Of a stretch of DNA of 45,439 bases, positions 13,056 to 26,893 are shown piece after piece. This DNA comes from Nemertoderma westbladi (taxonomy: Eukaryota > Animalia > Xenacoelomorpha). Numbering within the stretch: the stretch's first letter is position 1; each line of letters begins with the position of its first letter. The stretch spans positions 1 through 45,439 of the forward strand of contig JAUCBJ010000557.1 in assembly GCA_032718475.1 (NCBI GenBank), given 5' to 3'. The notes below the pieces were generated by a model. The model saw only the letters and a program-made list of their open reading frames with translations, made no database searches and was not told the origin of the DNA. The position numbers and the translations under genes are program-made.

Positions 13056-14337
13056 CTTAAACGGGCGGGGGGGGGGGGGGGGGGGGGTCCGAGCAATCTG
13101 ATTGGACGATATAATTTTATTGACCCCAAGCTCTCGGGTAATAAATTTGTGGAGATGTTTGTTCAGTTATGAATAGGGATTGGGGAACATTTTAAAGTGG
13201 TGATAAATAAAGTCGGAATAAAAAAAACTATATATAATTAAAACACCAGATTAGTGACATTTAATTTGTTAAAATCCAACTCAGCAAGCCGCACTGCAAT
13301 ACAATAATGTGCCGCCAGCCAGCGCGACCACTCTATCTATGTACAGTACGTGTCTGTTTGTTTTACAATTCGTTTTCCTTCCTAATTGAAATTCCATAAT
13401 TTAAGGGACAAATCATCCCCCTTTTTTACCATTTTTGGCTGTTTTGCCGTGTGTGTACTGCACTGTGTAGTGGAATTAGAAAATGTTAAGCATTAATTTA
13501 GATTAAATAGCAAACATGACGACCGAGGATATATTGTATAATGAAAAAGTTAATAAAATAAATCACAACTCTTTTAATTGTGAGTCATAGCGCACAGACA
13601 CTAGAATTTAAAAGGTAATTTGATTTTCGAACAAAATTACCTATTTTACTAGCACGGATTTAAATACTGAGTTAATGGCGCTGAATGTTAGCAAATACCA
13701 AATACCACGAAACGTATGTAGTGGGAAGGAGCAGGTTACATATGGCGGTGTATTCTAACCAAAACAATAAACAAAACTAGTCGTATGTGACATATTTGCG
13801 CCGGATTTTCATCTGCGACGAACTTTCGCCACTACAATATTTTATTTTTATTTAATATTTTTTGATGTGTTTCTCCCACTGAGTGCAAACTAACTAATTA
13901 ATTATCCAACACAATACATTTTGCATTTATTATATTTATATATTGGTGATATAGTATTTTTTTTAGTTGTATTTATTATTTAACATTTCGTGCTGATTTA
14001 ATAGGAACGTTTACCAGTAGCGAGGCGGTAACATATCAGCCGTCAGTCGACTTACTTATTATCACACTGGTTAACAATGCAATACTTAACGGAATCTTCG
14101 TTATCATTATAGCCGGAATATTTTTCTATTTTGTTTTTAATACATTTCAGCCTCCTAACTTTGTATTGCTATTTTTCACTCTCAATATTTAGCACTTCTG
14201 CTACGAAGCCTTAGGTAAACTAGAGCCATTTATTGGATGGTAGGGAATACTCAACATCATTGGGTGTTGTAGTAACATTAAAGTGTCTTGTAGTTTATCT
14301 GTCAAATTGAGGTGACTATAAATTATGGGAATTTCAA

Positions 14338-17300
14338 TGAAACACTCTTATACTGTCAGTGGGGCGAGTCACTGAAACACTATTATACTGTCAGTGGGGC
14401 GAGTCACTGAAACACTCTTATACTGCCAGTGGGGCGAGTCACTGAAACACTCTTATACTGTCAGTGGGGCGAGTCACTGAAACACTGTTATACTGTCACT
14501 GGGGCGAGTCACTGAAACACTCGTATACTGTCAGTGGGGCGAGTCACTGAAACACTCGATTACTGTCAGTGGGGCGAGTCACTGAAACACTCTTATACTG
14601 CCAGTGGGGCGAGTCACTGAAACACTCTTATACTGTCAGTGGGGCGAGTCACTGAAACACTGTTATACTGTCACTGGGGCGAGTCACTGAAACACTCGTA
14701 TACTGTCAGTGGGGCGAGTCACTGAAACACTCTTATACTGTCAGTGGGGCGAGTCACTGAAACACTCGATTACTGTCAGTGGGGCGAGTCACTGAAACAC
14801 TGTTATACTGTCAGTGGGGCGAGTCACTGAAACACTCGTATACTGTCAGTGGGGCGAGTCACTGAAACACTCTTATACTGTCAGTGGGGCGAGTCACTGA
14901 AACACTCTTATACTATCACTGGGGCGAGTCACTGAAACACTCGTATACTGTCAGTGGGGCGAGTCACTGAAATACTCTTATACTGTCAGTGGGGCGAGTC
15001 ACTGAAACACTCGATTACTGTCAGTGGGGCGAGTCACTGAAACACTCTTATACTGCCAGTGGGGCGAGTCACTGAAACACTCTTATACTATCACTGGGGC
15101 GAGTCACTGAAACACTCGTATACTGTCAGTGGGGCGAGTCACTGAAACACTCTTATACTGTCAGTGGGGCGAGTCACTGAAACACTCTTATACTATCACT
15201 GGGGCGAGTCACTGAAACACTCGATTACTGTCAGTGGGGCGAGTCACTGAAACACTGTTATACTGTCAGTGGGGCGAGTCACTGAAACACTCTTATACTA
15301 TCACTGGGGCGAGTCACTGAAACACTCGTATACTGTCAGTGGGGCGAGTCACTGAAACACTCTTATACTGTCAGTGGGGCGAGTCACTGAAACACTCGAT
15401 TACTGTCAGTGGGGCGAGTCACTGAAACACTCTTATACTGCCAGTGGGGCGAGTCACTGAAACACTCTTATACTGTCAGCGGGGCGAGTCACTGAAACAC
15501 TGTTATACTGTCACTGGGGCGAGTCACTGAAACACTCGTATACTGTCAGTGGGGCGAGTCACTGAAACACTCTTATACTGTCAGTGGGGCGAGTCACTGA
15601 AACACTCTTATACTGTCAGTGGGGCGAGTCACTGAAACACTCGTATACTGCCAGTGGGGCGAGTCACTGAAACACTCTTATACTGTCAGTGGGGCGAGTT
15701 ACTGAAACACTCTTATACTGTCAGTGGGGCGAGTCACTGAAACACTCTTATACTGTCAGTGGGGCGAGTCACTGAAACACTCTTATACTGTCAGTGGGGC
15801 GAGTCACTGAAACACTCTTATACTGTCAGTGGGGCGAGTCACTGAAACATTCTTATACTGTCAGTGGGGCGAGTCACTGAAACACTCTTATACTGTCAGT
15901 GGGGCGAGTCACTGAAACACTCGCATACTGCCAGTGGGGCGAGTCACTGAAACACTCTTATACTGTCAGTGGGGCGAGTTACTGAAACACTCTTATACTG
16001 TCAGTGGGGCGAGTCACTGAAACACTCTTATACTGTCAGTAGGGCGAGTCACTGAAACACTCTTATACTGTCAGTGGGGCGAGTCACTGAAACACTCTTA
16101 TACTGTCAGTGGGGCGAGTCACTGAAACACTCTTATACTGTGAGTGGGACGAGTCACTGAAACACTCTTATACTGTCAGTGGGGCGAGTCACTGAAACAC
16201 TCTTATACTGTCAGTGGGGCGAGTCACTGAAACACTCTTATACTGTCAGTGGGGCGAGTCACTGAAACACTCTTATACTGTCAGTGGGGCGAGTCACTGA
16301 AACACTCGCATACTGCCAGTGGGGCGAGTCACTGAAACACTCTTATACTGTCAGTGGGGCGAGTTACTGAAACACTCTTATACTGTCAGTGGGGCGAGTC
16401 ACTGAAACACTCTTATACTGTCAGTAGGGCGAGTCACTGAAACACTCTTATACTGTCAGTGGGGCGAGTCACTGAAACACTCTTATACTGTGAGTGGGGC
16501 GAGTCACTGAAACACTCTTATACTGTGAGTGGGACGAGTCACTGAAACACTCTTATACTGTCAGTGGGGCGAGTCACTGAAACACTCTTATACTGTCAGT
16601 GGGGCGAGTCACTGAAACACTCTTATACTGTCAGTGGGGCGAGTCACTAAAACACTCTTATACTGTCAGTGGGGCGAGTCACTGAAACACTCTTATACTG
16701 TCAGTGGGGCGAGTCACTGAAACACTCTTATACTGTCAGTGGGGCGAGTCACTAAAACACTCTTATACTGTCAGTGGGGCGAGTCACTGAAACACTCTTA
16801 TACTATCAGTGGGGCGAGTCACTGAAACACTCTTATATTGTCAGTGGGGCGAGTCACTGAAACACTCGATTACTGTCAGTGGGGCGAGTCACTGAAACAC
16901 TCTTATACTGTCAGTGGGGCGAGTCACTAAAACACTCTTATACTGTCAGTGGGGCGAGTCACTGAAACACTCTTATACTATCAGTGGGGCGAGTCACTGA
17001 AACACTCTTATACTGTCAGTGGGGCGAGTCACTGAAACACTCGATTACTGTCAGTGGGGCGAGTCACTGAAACACTCTTATACTGTCAGTGGGGCGAGTC
17101 ACTGAAACACTCTTATACTGTCAGTGGCCCAGTGGGGCGAGTCACTGAAACACTCTTATACTGTCAGTGGGGCGAGTCACTGAAACACTCTTATACTGTG
17201 AGTGGGGCGAGTCACTGAAACACTCTTATACTGTCAGTGGGGCGAGTCACTGAAACACTCGTATACTGTCAGTGGGGCGAGTCACTGAAACACTCTTATA

Positions 17301-20300
17301 CTGTCAGTGGGGCGAGTCACTGAAACACTCGTATACTGTCAGTGGGGCGAGTCACTGAAACACTCTTATACTGTGAGTGGGGCGAGTCACTGAAACACTC
17401 TTATACTGTCAGTGGGGCGAGTCACTGAAACAATCTTATACTGTGAGTGGGGCGAGTCACTGAAACACTCTTATACTGTGAGTGGGGCGAGTCACTGAAA
17501 CACTCTTATACTGTCAGTGGGGCGAGTCACTGAAACACTCTTATACTCCCAGTGGGGCGAGTCACTGAAACACTCTTATACTGTCAGTGGGGCGAGTCAC
17601 TGAAACACTCTTATACTGTCAGTGGGGCGAGTCACTGAAACACTCTTATACTGTGAGTGGGGCGAGTCACTGAAACACTCGTATACTGTCAGTGGGGCGA
17701 GTCACTGAAACACTCTTATACTGTCACTGGGGCGAGTCACTGAAACACTCTTATACTGTCAGTGGGGCGAGTCACTGAAACACTCTTATACTGTCAGTGG
17801 GGCGAGTCACTGAAACACTCTTATACTGTCAGTGGCCCAGTGGGGCGAGTCACTGAAACACTCTTATACTGTCACTGGGGCGAGTCACTGAAACACTCTT
17901 ATACTGTCAGTGGGGCGAGTCACTGAAACACTCTTATACTGTCAGTGGCCCAGTGGGGCGAGTCACTGAAACACTCTTATACTGTCACTGGGGCGAGTCA
18001 CTGAAACACTCTTATACTGTCAGTGGGGCGAGTCACTGAAACACTCGTATACTGTCAGTGGGGCGAGTCACTGAAACACTCTTATACTGTCAGTGGGGCC
18101 ACTGAAACACTCTTATACTGTCAGTGGGGCGAGTCACTGAAACACTCTTATACTGTCACTGGGGCGAGTCACTGAAACACTCTTATACTGTCAGTGGGGC
18201 GAGTCACTAAAACACTCTTATACTGTCAGTGGGGCGAGTCACTGAAACACTCTTATACTATCAGTGGGGCGAGTCACTGAAACACTCTTATATTGTCAGT
18301 GGGGCGAGTCACTGAAACACTCTTATACTGTCAGTGGGGCGAGTCACTGAAACACTCTTATACTGTCAGTGGGGCGAGTCACTAAAACACTATTATACTG
18401 TCAGTGGGGCGAGTCACTGAAACACTCTTATACTGTCAGTGGGGCGTGTCACTGAAACACTCTTATACTGTCAGTGGGGCGAGTCACTGAAACACTCTTA
18501 TACTGCCAGTGGGGCGAGTCACTGAAACACTCTTATACTGTCAGTGGGGCGAGTCACTGAAACACTCTTATACTGTCAGTGGGGCGAGTCACTGAAACAC
18601 TCGTATACTGTCAGTGGGGCGAGTCACTGAAACACTCTTATACTGTCAGTGGGGCGAGTCACTGAAACACTCGTATACTGTCAGTGGGGCGAGTCACTGA
18701 AACACTCGATTACTGTCAGTGGGGCGAGTCACTGAAACACTCTTATACTGTGAGTGGGGCGAGTCACTGAAACACTCTTATACTGCCAGTGGGGCGAGTC
18801 ACTGAAACACTCTTATACTGTGAGTGGGGCGAGTCACTGAAACACTCTTATACTGTCAGTGGGGCGAGTCACTGAAACACTCGATTACTGTCAGTGGGGC
18901 GAGTCACTGAAACACTATTATACTGTGAGTAGGGCGAGTCACTGAAACACTCTTATACTGCCAGTGGGGCGAGTCACTGAAACACTCTTATACTGTGAGT
19001 GGGGCGAGTCACTGAAACACTCTTATACTGCCAGTGGGGCGAGTCACTGAAACACTCTTATACTGTCAGTGGGGCGAGTCACTGAAACACTCGTATACTG
19101 TCAGTGGGGCGAGTCACTGAAACACTCTTATACTGTCAGTGGGGCGAGTCACTGAAACACTCTTATACTGTCAGTGGGGCGAGTCACTGAAACACTCTTA
19201 TACTGTCAGTGGGGCGAGTCACTGAAACACTCTTATACTGCCAGTGGGGCGAGTCACTGAAACACTCTTATACTGTGAGTGGGGCGAGTCACTGAAACAC
19301 TCTTATACTGTCAGTGGGGCGAGTCACTGAAACACTCGATTACTGTCAGTGGGGCGAGTCACTGAAACACTCTTATACTGTCAGTGGGGCGAGTCACTGA
19401 AACACTCTTATACTGTGAGTGGGGCGAGTCACTGAAACACTCGTATACTGTCAGTGGGGCGAGTCACTGAAACACTCTTATACTGTGAGTGGGGCGAGTC
19501 ACTGAAACACTCTTATACTGTCAGTGGGGCGAGTCACTGAAACACTCTTATACTATCAGTGGGGCGAGTCACTGAAACAATCTTATACTGTGAGTGGGGC
19601 GAGTCACTGAAACGCTCTTATACTGTCAGTGGGGCGAGTCACTGAAACACTCTTATACTGTCAGTGGGGCGAGTCACTGAAACACTCTTATACTGTGAGT
19701 GGGGCGAGTCACTGAAACACTCGTATACTGTCAGTGGGGCGAGTCACTGAAACACTCTTATACTGTGAGTGGGGCGAGTCACTGAAACACTCTTATACTG
19801 TCAGTGGGGCGAGTCACTGAAACACTCTTATACTATCAGTGGGGCGAGTCACTGAAACAATCTTATACTGTGAGTGGGGCGAGTCACTGAAACGCTCTTA
19901 TACTGTCAGTGGGGCGAGTCACTGAAACACTCTTATACTATCAGTGGGGCGAGTCACTGAAACACTCGTATACTGCCAGTGGGGCGAGTCACTGAAACAC
20001 TCTTATACTGTCAGTGGGGCGAGTCACTGAAACACTCTTATATTGTCAGTGGGGCGAGTCACTGAAACACTCTTATACTGTCAGTGGGGCGAGTCACTGA
20101 AACACTCGTATACCGTCAGTGGGGCGAGTCACTGAAACACTCTTATACTGTCAGTGGGGCGAGTCACTGAAACACTCTTATACTGCCAGTGGGGCGAGTC
20201 ACTGAAACACTCTTATACTGTGAGTGGGGCGAGTCACTGAAACACTCTTATACTGTCAGTGGGGCGAGTCACTGAAACACTCGATTACTGTCAGTGGGGC

Positions 20301-22909
20301 GAGTCACTGAAACACTCTTATACTGTCAGTGGGGCGAGTCACTGAAACACTCGTATACTGTCAGTGGGGCGAGTCACTGAAACACTCTTATACTGTCAGT
20401 GGGGCGAGTCACTGAAACACTCGATTACTGTCAGTGGGGCGAGTCACTGAAACACTCTTATACTGTCAGTGGGGCGAGTCACTGAAACACTCTTATACTG
20501 TCAGTGGCCCAGTGGGGCGAGTCACTGAAACACTCTTATACTGTCAGTGGGGCGAGTCACTGAAACACTCTTATACTGTGAGTGGGGCGAGTCACTGAAA
20601 CACTCTTATACTGTCAGTGGGGCGAGTCACTGAAACACTCGTATACTGTCAGTGGGGCGAGTCACTGAAACACTCTTATACTGTCAGTGGGGCGAGTCAC
20701 TGAAACACTCGTATACTGTCAGTGGGGCGAGTCACTGAAACACTCTTATACTGTGAGTGGGGCGAGTCACTGAAACACTCTTATACTGTCAGTGGGGCGA
20801 GTCACTGAAACAATCTTATACTGTGAGTGGGGCGAGTCACTGAAACACTCTTATACTGTGAGTGGGGCGAGTCACTGAAACACTCTTATACTGTCAGTGG
20901 GGCGAGTCACTGAAACACTCTTATACTCCCAGTGGGGCGAGTCACTGAAACACTCTTATACTGTCAGTGGGGCGAGTCACTGAAACACTCTTATACTGTC
21001 AGTGGGGCGAGTCACTGAAACACTCTTATACTGTGAGTGGGACGAGTCACTGAAACACTCGTATACTGTCAGTGGGGCGAGTCACTGAAACACTCTTATA
21101 CTGTCAGTGGGGCGAGTCACTGAAACACTCGTATACTGTCAGTGGGGCGAGTCACTGAAACACTCTTATACTGTCAGTGGGGCGAGTCACTGAAACACTC
21201 GTATACTGTCAGTGGGGCGAGTCACTGAAACACTCTTATACTGTGAGTGGGGCGAGTCACTGAAACACTCTTATACTGCCAGTGGGGCGAGTCACTGAAA
21301 CACTCTTATACTGTCAGTGGGGCGAGTTACTGAAACACTCTTATACTGTCAGTGGGGCGAGTCACTGAAACAATCTTATACTGTGAGTGGGGCGAGTCAC
21401 TGAAACACTCTTATACTGTGAGTGGGGCGAGTCACTGAAACACTCTTATACTGTCAGTGGGGCGAGTCACTGAAACACTCTTATACTGTCAGTGGGGCGA
21501 GTCACTGAAACATTCTTATACTGTCAGTGGGGCGAGTCACTGAAACACTCGTATACTGTCAGTGGGGCGAGTCACTGAAACACTCTTATACTGTGAGTGG
21601 GGCGAGTCACTGAAACACTCTTATACTGTCAGTGGGGCGAGTCACTGAAACACTCTTATACTGTCAGTGGGGCGAGTCACTGAAACACTCTTATACTGTG
21701 AGTGGGGCGAGTCACTGAAACACTCTTATACTGTCAGTGGGGCGAGTCACTGAAACACTCTTATACTGTCAGTGGGGCGAGTCACTGAAACATTCTTATA
21801 CTGTCAGTGGGGCGAGTCACTGAAACACTCTTATACTGTCAGTGGGGCGAGTCACTAAAACACTCTTATACTGTCAGTGGGGCGAGTCACTGAAACACTC
21901 TTATACTGTCAGTGGGGCGAGTCACTGAAACACTCTTATACTGTCAGTGGGGCGAGTCACTGAAACACTCTTATACTGTCAGTGGGGCGAGTCACTGAAA
22001 CACTCTTATACTGTGAGTGGGGCGAGTCACTGAAACACTCTTATACTGTCAGTGGGGCGAGTCACTGAAACACTCTTATACTGTCAGTGGGGCGAGTCAC
22101 TGAAACATTCTTATACTGTCAGTGGGGCGAGTCACTGAAACACTCTTATACTGTCAGTGGGGCGAGTCACTGAAACACTCTTATACTGTCAGTGGGGCGA
22201 GTCACTGAAACACTCTTATACTGTCAGTGGGGCGAGTCACTGAAACACTCTTATACTGTGAGTGGGGCGAGTCACTGAAACAATCTTATACTGTGAGTGG
22301 GGCGAGTCACTGAAACACTCTTATACTGTGAGTGGGGCGAGTCACTGAAACACTCTTATACTGTCAGTGGGGCGAGTCACTGAAACACTCTTATACTGTC
22401 AGTGGGGCGAGTCACTGAAACATTCTTATACTGTCAGTGGGGCGAGTCACTGAAACAATCTTATACTGTGAGTGGGGCGAGTCACTGAAACACTCTTATA
22501 CTGTCAGTGGGGCGAGTCACTGAAACACTCTTATACTGTGAGTGGGGCGAGTCACTGAAACACTCTTATACTGTCAGTGGGGCGAGTCACTGAAACACTC
22601 TTATACTGTGAGTGGGGCGAGTCACTGAAACACTCTTATACTGTCAGTGGGGCGAGTCACTGAAACACTCTTATACTGTGAGTGGGGCGAGTCACTGAAA
22701 CACTCTTATACTGTCAGTGGGGCGAGTCACTGAAACACTCTTATACTATCAGTGGGGCGAGTCACTGAAACACTCTTATACTGTCAGTGGGGCGAGTCAC
22801 TGAAACACTCTTATGCTGTCAGTGGGGCGCGAGTCACTGAAACACTCTGTGGGGCGAGTCACTGAAACACTCTTATACTGTCAGTGGACCGAGTCACTGA
22901 AACACTCTT
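14338..22909. repeat. Satellite, 35-bp unit AACACTCTTATACTGTCAGTGGGGCGAGTCACTGA, about 245 copies
   Basis: Directly visible period of 35 with point variants and occasional 8-bp insertions (tcagtggcccagtgggg); no unique spacers. Confidence 0.98.
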
Positions 22910-23689
22910 GGCTCAAAATCCCAAAAAGTGACCAAAAAAAATATTTTTTTTGTAAAAAAAACAAAGTTTCCCAAAGTATGCAATATTATATATCACCAGA
23001 AAGCTCTTGATGCGCTGAATTCAATGGTGGTAATTTCCCAATAGCCCCGACCTCATGGTAACTAATAATTGAGAAAAACAGATGTCCATTCCTGTAACAC
23101 TTGTCCCACAATGTAACGCCCGATATCAGCCAATCAGAGCCCTTGAATGGTGATTTCCGATGCCTGTAACAATTTGTCCCACCATGTAACACCAGTTGTA
23201 ATTACACTGAAATGTTAAATTAACCTAGATTCCGTCTATGAGTGGGAGCTATGCAGCCATTCTGATCCCAGTAACACCTTCCAATAAAGCCCCCATTTCT
23301 GGAAAAATTATAAAATATTATAGTTTATCAAATAAACATAAAGAGTTTATTAAAACATTTTAACCACTTTAGGTACTTTAGTGACGATTTATATGAAAAT
23401 TTGATTTGCTTTGCTTTGATTACCGAGTTTATAACAACTGTATATCACTATGGCTGAGCAGTTAGTCAAAACCTATAAATTGTTCATCAGTTTCATCTCC
23501 ACCCTCCACAGAACCTCCTGTACTCCCCACACCATCTTCTACACCCTCCATAGGTTCTCCTGTATTCCAAACGTTATCTTGTATAGCCGCCACGGATCTT
23601 CCCATACCCAGCACTCCTTCAAAACCTGTAAATTGTTCATTATCACTTTCATCCCCACCCTCCACAGATCCACCTGTACCTTCCACTCC

Positions 23690-24500
23690 ATCTTCCCCAC
23701 CCTCCTCAGATCCTCCTGTACTTATCACCCTGTCTCCCACACCCTCCACAGATCCTCCTGTACTTCTCACCCTGTCTCCCACACCCTCCACAGATCCTCC
23801 TGTACTTCTCACCCTGTCTCCCACACCCTCCACAGATCCTGCTGTACTTCTCACCCTGTCTCCCACATCCTCCAAAGATCCTCCTGTACTTCTCACCCCC
23901 CCCCCCCCCCCCCCCCACACACACTTCACGGATCTTCCTGTACTTCTCACCCTGTCTCCCACACCCTCCACAGATCCTCCTGTACTTTTCACCCAGTCTC
24001 CCACACCCTCCACAGATCCTCCTGTACTTCTCACCCTGTCTCCCACACCCTCCCCAGATCCTCCTGTACTTCCTACTCCGTCTCCCACACCCTCCAAAGA
24101 TCCTCTTGTACTTCTCACCCTGTCTCCCACACCCTCGCACTAACTACTCCTCTCGCTCCTCCAACTGCTCCCCTTCCACATCTACCTTTTCCCCCCACAC
24201 CTCCAACTGCTCCCCTTCCACATCTACCTTTTCCCCTCGCACCTCCAACTGCTCCCCTTGCACCTCTACCTTTTCCCCTCACACCTCCAACTGATCCACT
24301 TGCACCTCTACCTCTTCCCCTTGCACCTCCAACTGCTCCACTTGCACCTCTACCTTTTCCCCTCACACCTCCAACTGATCCACTTGCACTTCTACCTCTT
24401 CCCCTCGCACCTCCAACTGCTCCACTTGCACCTCTACCTTTTCCCCTCCCACCTCGAACTGCTCCCCTTGTACCTATATTTTTTTCCCTCCCACCTCTAA
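23690..24500. repeat. Two adjacent 42-bp C-rich minisatellites
   Basis: Unit tcaccctgtctcccacaccctccacagatcctcctgtacttc (about 23700-24135) and unit ctccaactgctccccttgcacctctaccttttcccctcacac (about 24140-24500). Confidence 0.92.
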
Positions 24501-25511
24501 CTGCTCCCCTCACGGAGCTCCCAATCTCCCTCTCCCAATCGCAGAAGATAGATCTAAGATGGACCGCATTCCATATAAGACAGATCAGTATTATTAGTCC
24601 TATTTTTATTTACTATCAGTATGTGGTCTCTATTCTATACCGTAGTCACATAGTGTCTGTATCAGTGTCGTATAACTGGTTCTAGTTAGGATTAGTTTGC
24701 TTAGTAGTCAATAGTACACTCTATGCACTGCGCAGATCTGTAGATCCAATAACTTCGAATCAAACGCAATAAAGAGGCTGCACTGATACTGTTACCGAGT
24801 ACTGTAGGTAGGTAGGTACCAATTCACAGTTAATACTGCTGTTCTGTGTGCATGACCTACAGCCTTACCAATATTATAAAGTCTGCACTACTAAAGTGTT
24901 ACAGGTGAGACATGTCCCATTCTGTAGCCCAAAATTATTCGATTTACATGTTACATGTGGGACGTCCCGCCTTGTAACGATTTTTTGGTGTTACGGGTTT
25001 TGTTACAGGTGGGACAAGAACTTGGCTATCTGCTGATATTTGAATCTTCATATCAAGTTTTATAGAACTGATTATAGAGCATGGTAAAGCAGTGAGTGTA
25101 CTTGGTGTTACACATGGGACAATCCTAATTGACATAATCGACTCGCACGTATAAAACCAGCCATATCTCTGGTTGTGTTTAGTATTTTTTCGTAAAATCT
25201 GGAACATTCCACTTCTTGAAGATGTTCCTTTCACATAAGAATTTAGTTTGTAGAATCCAAATAAAAACCTATTGGTGAATTCAGTTGTTACCGTTTGGGA
25301 CAAGTAATTGTCAAAAATATGGGTATATTATCTATTGTTTTATTTAAATATGATATCAATAAAACAATTTGGGAGTTATTCCATTGCATTCCTATATTAT
25401 TTTACTTTAAAATGAGCTATAATTTGTTGAAATACACCCAGTAGATGTCAAAATACATCCCCCACAATGCAATGAACTTTTTTGGACAATTGAAAAACCT
25501 GCATATTTTAG

Positions 25512-26559
25512 GGAAGCAGGACAATTCGGTCCCGGACAATTCGATCCGGACAATTCAGTCCCATTAATTTTATGTTTTGGGACCGAATTGTCCGGGACCG
25601 AATTGTCCGGATACTGACTAGGACAATTCGGTCCCAAAACATGCATATTAATGGGACCGAATTGTCCGGGACCGAATTGTCCGGGACCAAATTTAATTGG
25701 TACTGTACTATATAATGGTGAATGTTCTAGAACCTTAATATATATTATTATATGGTAGCTAGTGTTTTTTCTGCTAGCTAGTATTTTTTTTTTAATAAAA
25801 AAAATTTACTTTTTTTTGTTAACATTATTATTTATGGTAGCTATGGTGTTTTTATGGAGCTTGTGAATTATTTACTAGCTAGTAATAGTTTGTATTTAAA
25901 ATGTTTAAAGCTGATTTTTTCTGATTTTTTTAATATATTGCGTATGTGTATACTGTATGTGTTGTTGGCTGGTTAACAAGCCTAAATTATTATCCTAGAT
26001 AATAGCTGGATCTCATTCAGGGACTGTTATAATATCATCAATATTGTTGGTAATTAATATAATCAGCAACAGTTTAGGCCTAATTCTGAAATATCATTGT
26101 TTTCACAGGTATTTTTATAATTTCAAGGAAATGCTAGCTAGTAAAAAAAACACTAGCTACACCTTAATAAATAATATATAATAATGTTCTCGAACACTAC
26201 CAATAACAAAAATAAAAAAAATACAGTATTTTTAAAATTTCAAAAAATTCTACAGTAGCAAGTAAATAACACTAGCTACCATAACAAATATCTCTACTAA
26301 TGTTCTAGAACATTCACCAATATCAAAAAAGCACTAAAAAGTTGCTATCAGGAACCGGACAATTCGGTCCCGGACAATTCGGTCCCGGAAAATTCGGTCC
26401 CGGACAATTCGGTCCCGGACAATTCGGTCCTAGGACAATTCGGTCCCGGACAATTCGGTCCCATTTATTTAGTGTTTTGGGACCGAATTGTCCGGGACCG
26501 AATTGTCCGGGACCGAATTGTCCGGACCGAATTGTCCGGGACCGAATTGTCCTACATCC
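25512..26559. mobile_element. Non-autonomous Mutator-like (MULE) foldback element
   Basis: Perfect 9-bp TSD ATATTTTAG at 25503-25511 and 26560-26568; TIRs GGAAGCAGGACAATTCGGTCCC / GGGACCGAATTGTCCTACATCC; 15-bp GGACAATTCGGTCCC modules in both orientations; internal inverted repeats. Confidence 0.88.
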
Positions 26560-26800
26560 ATATTTTAGTACTAAAAGGTCTGTAAAATCTTTCAAAGTCG
26601 GAGTGACAGTATGATTTTTTGTGAATCTGTTGGACCATAAAATTATCTTCAAAAATATATATAACTTTACTAGGGTCCAAAAATAATTTCATTCTAAAAT
26701 TTAGTCGAATCGTGTGGGAAACGTTTGGCCATTTTTTGTGAGTTTGGGCCTCTTATACTGTAACACAGTCTGTCAATCTACTTAGAAACAATAACCACAA

Positions 26801-26893
26801 ATGAGTTTATTTGATATTATGGAAGGTGGTGGAAGTGAAGCTGATGTAGATGAATCAGATTTAGAGTTTCAAGGGTTCGATTTTGGTGAATGA
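26801..26893 (+). pseudogene. Probable 3' end of a transposase-like gene (acidic tail)
   Basis: Reads MSLFDIMEGGGSEADVDESDLEFQGFDFGE*, followed by AATAAA; resembles acidic FxGF tails recalled from pogo-type transposases. Confidence 0.4.

Larger units (their letters stand above)
22910..26760. mobile_element. Composite DNA-transposon relic with inverted subterminal motifs
   Basis: ggctcaaaatcccaaaaagtgaccaaa (22910) matches the reverse complement of 26724-26750 at 22/27 positions; TTGTCCCA..TGTAAC motifs at 23090-23190 are inverted as GTTACA..TGGGAC at 24895-25305. Boundaries uncertain. Confidence 0.5.

Noticed and set aside
14365-14371. CGAGTCA in every satellite unit as an AP-1-like site
   Set aside because: A 7-mer match is likely by chance and there is no binding or methylation evidence.
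14338-22909. CRISPR array (35-bp repeat with internal hairpin)
   Set aside because: Units are head-to-tail with no unique spacers, there are no cas genes, and the context is eukaryotic.
23450-24685. 411-aa His/Pro-rich ORF on the + strand
   Set aside because: C-rich 42-bp repeats lack stops by composition and no domain is recognisable; the minus strand carries the more protein-like motif.
26323-26652. GQFGP collagen/elastin-like ORFs
   Set aside because: These are translations of the 15-bp modules of a TSD-flanked transposon.
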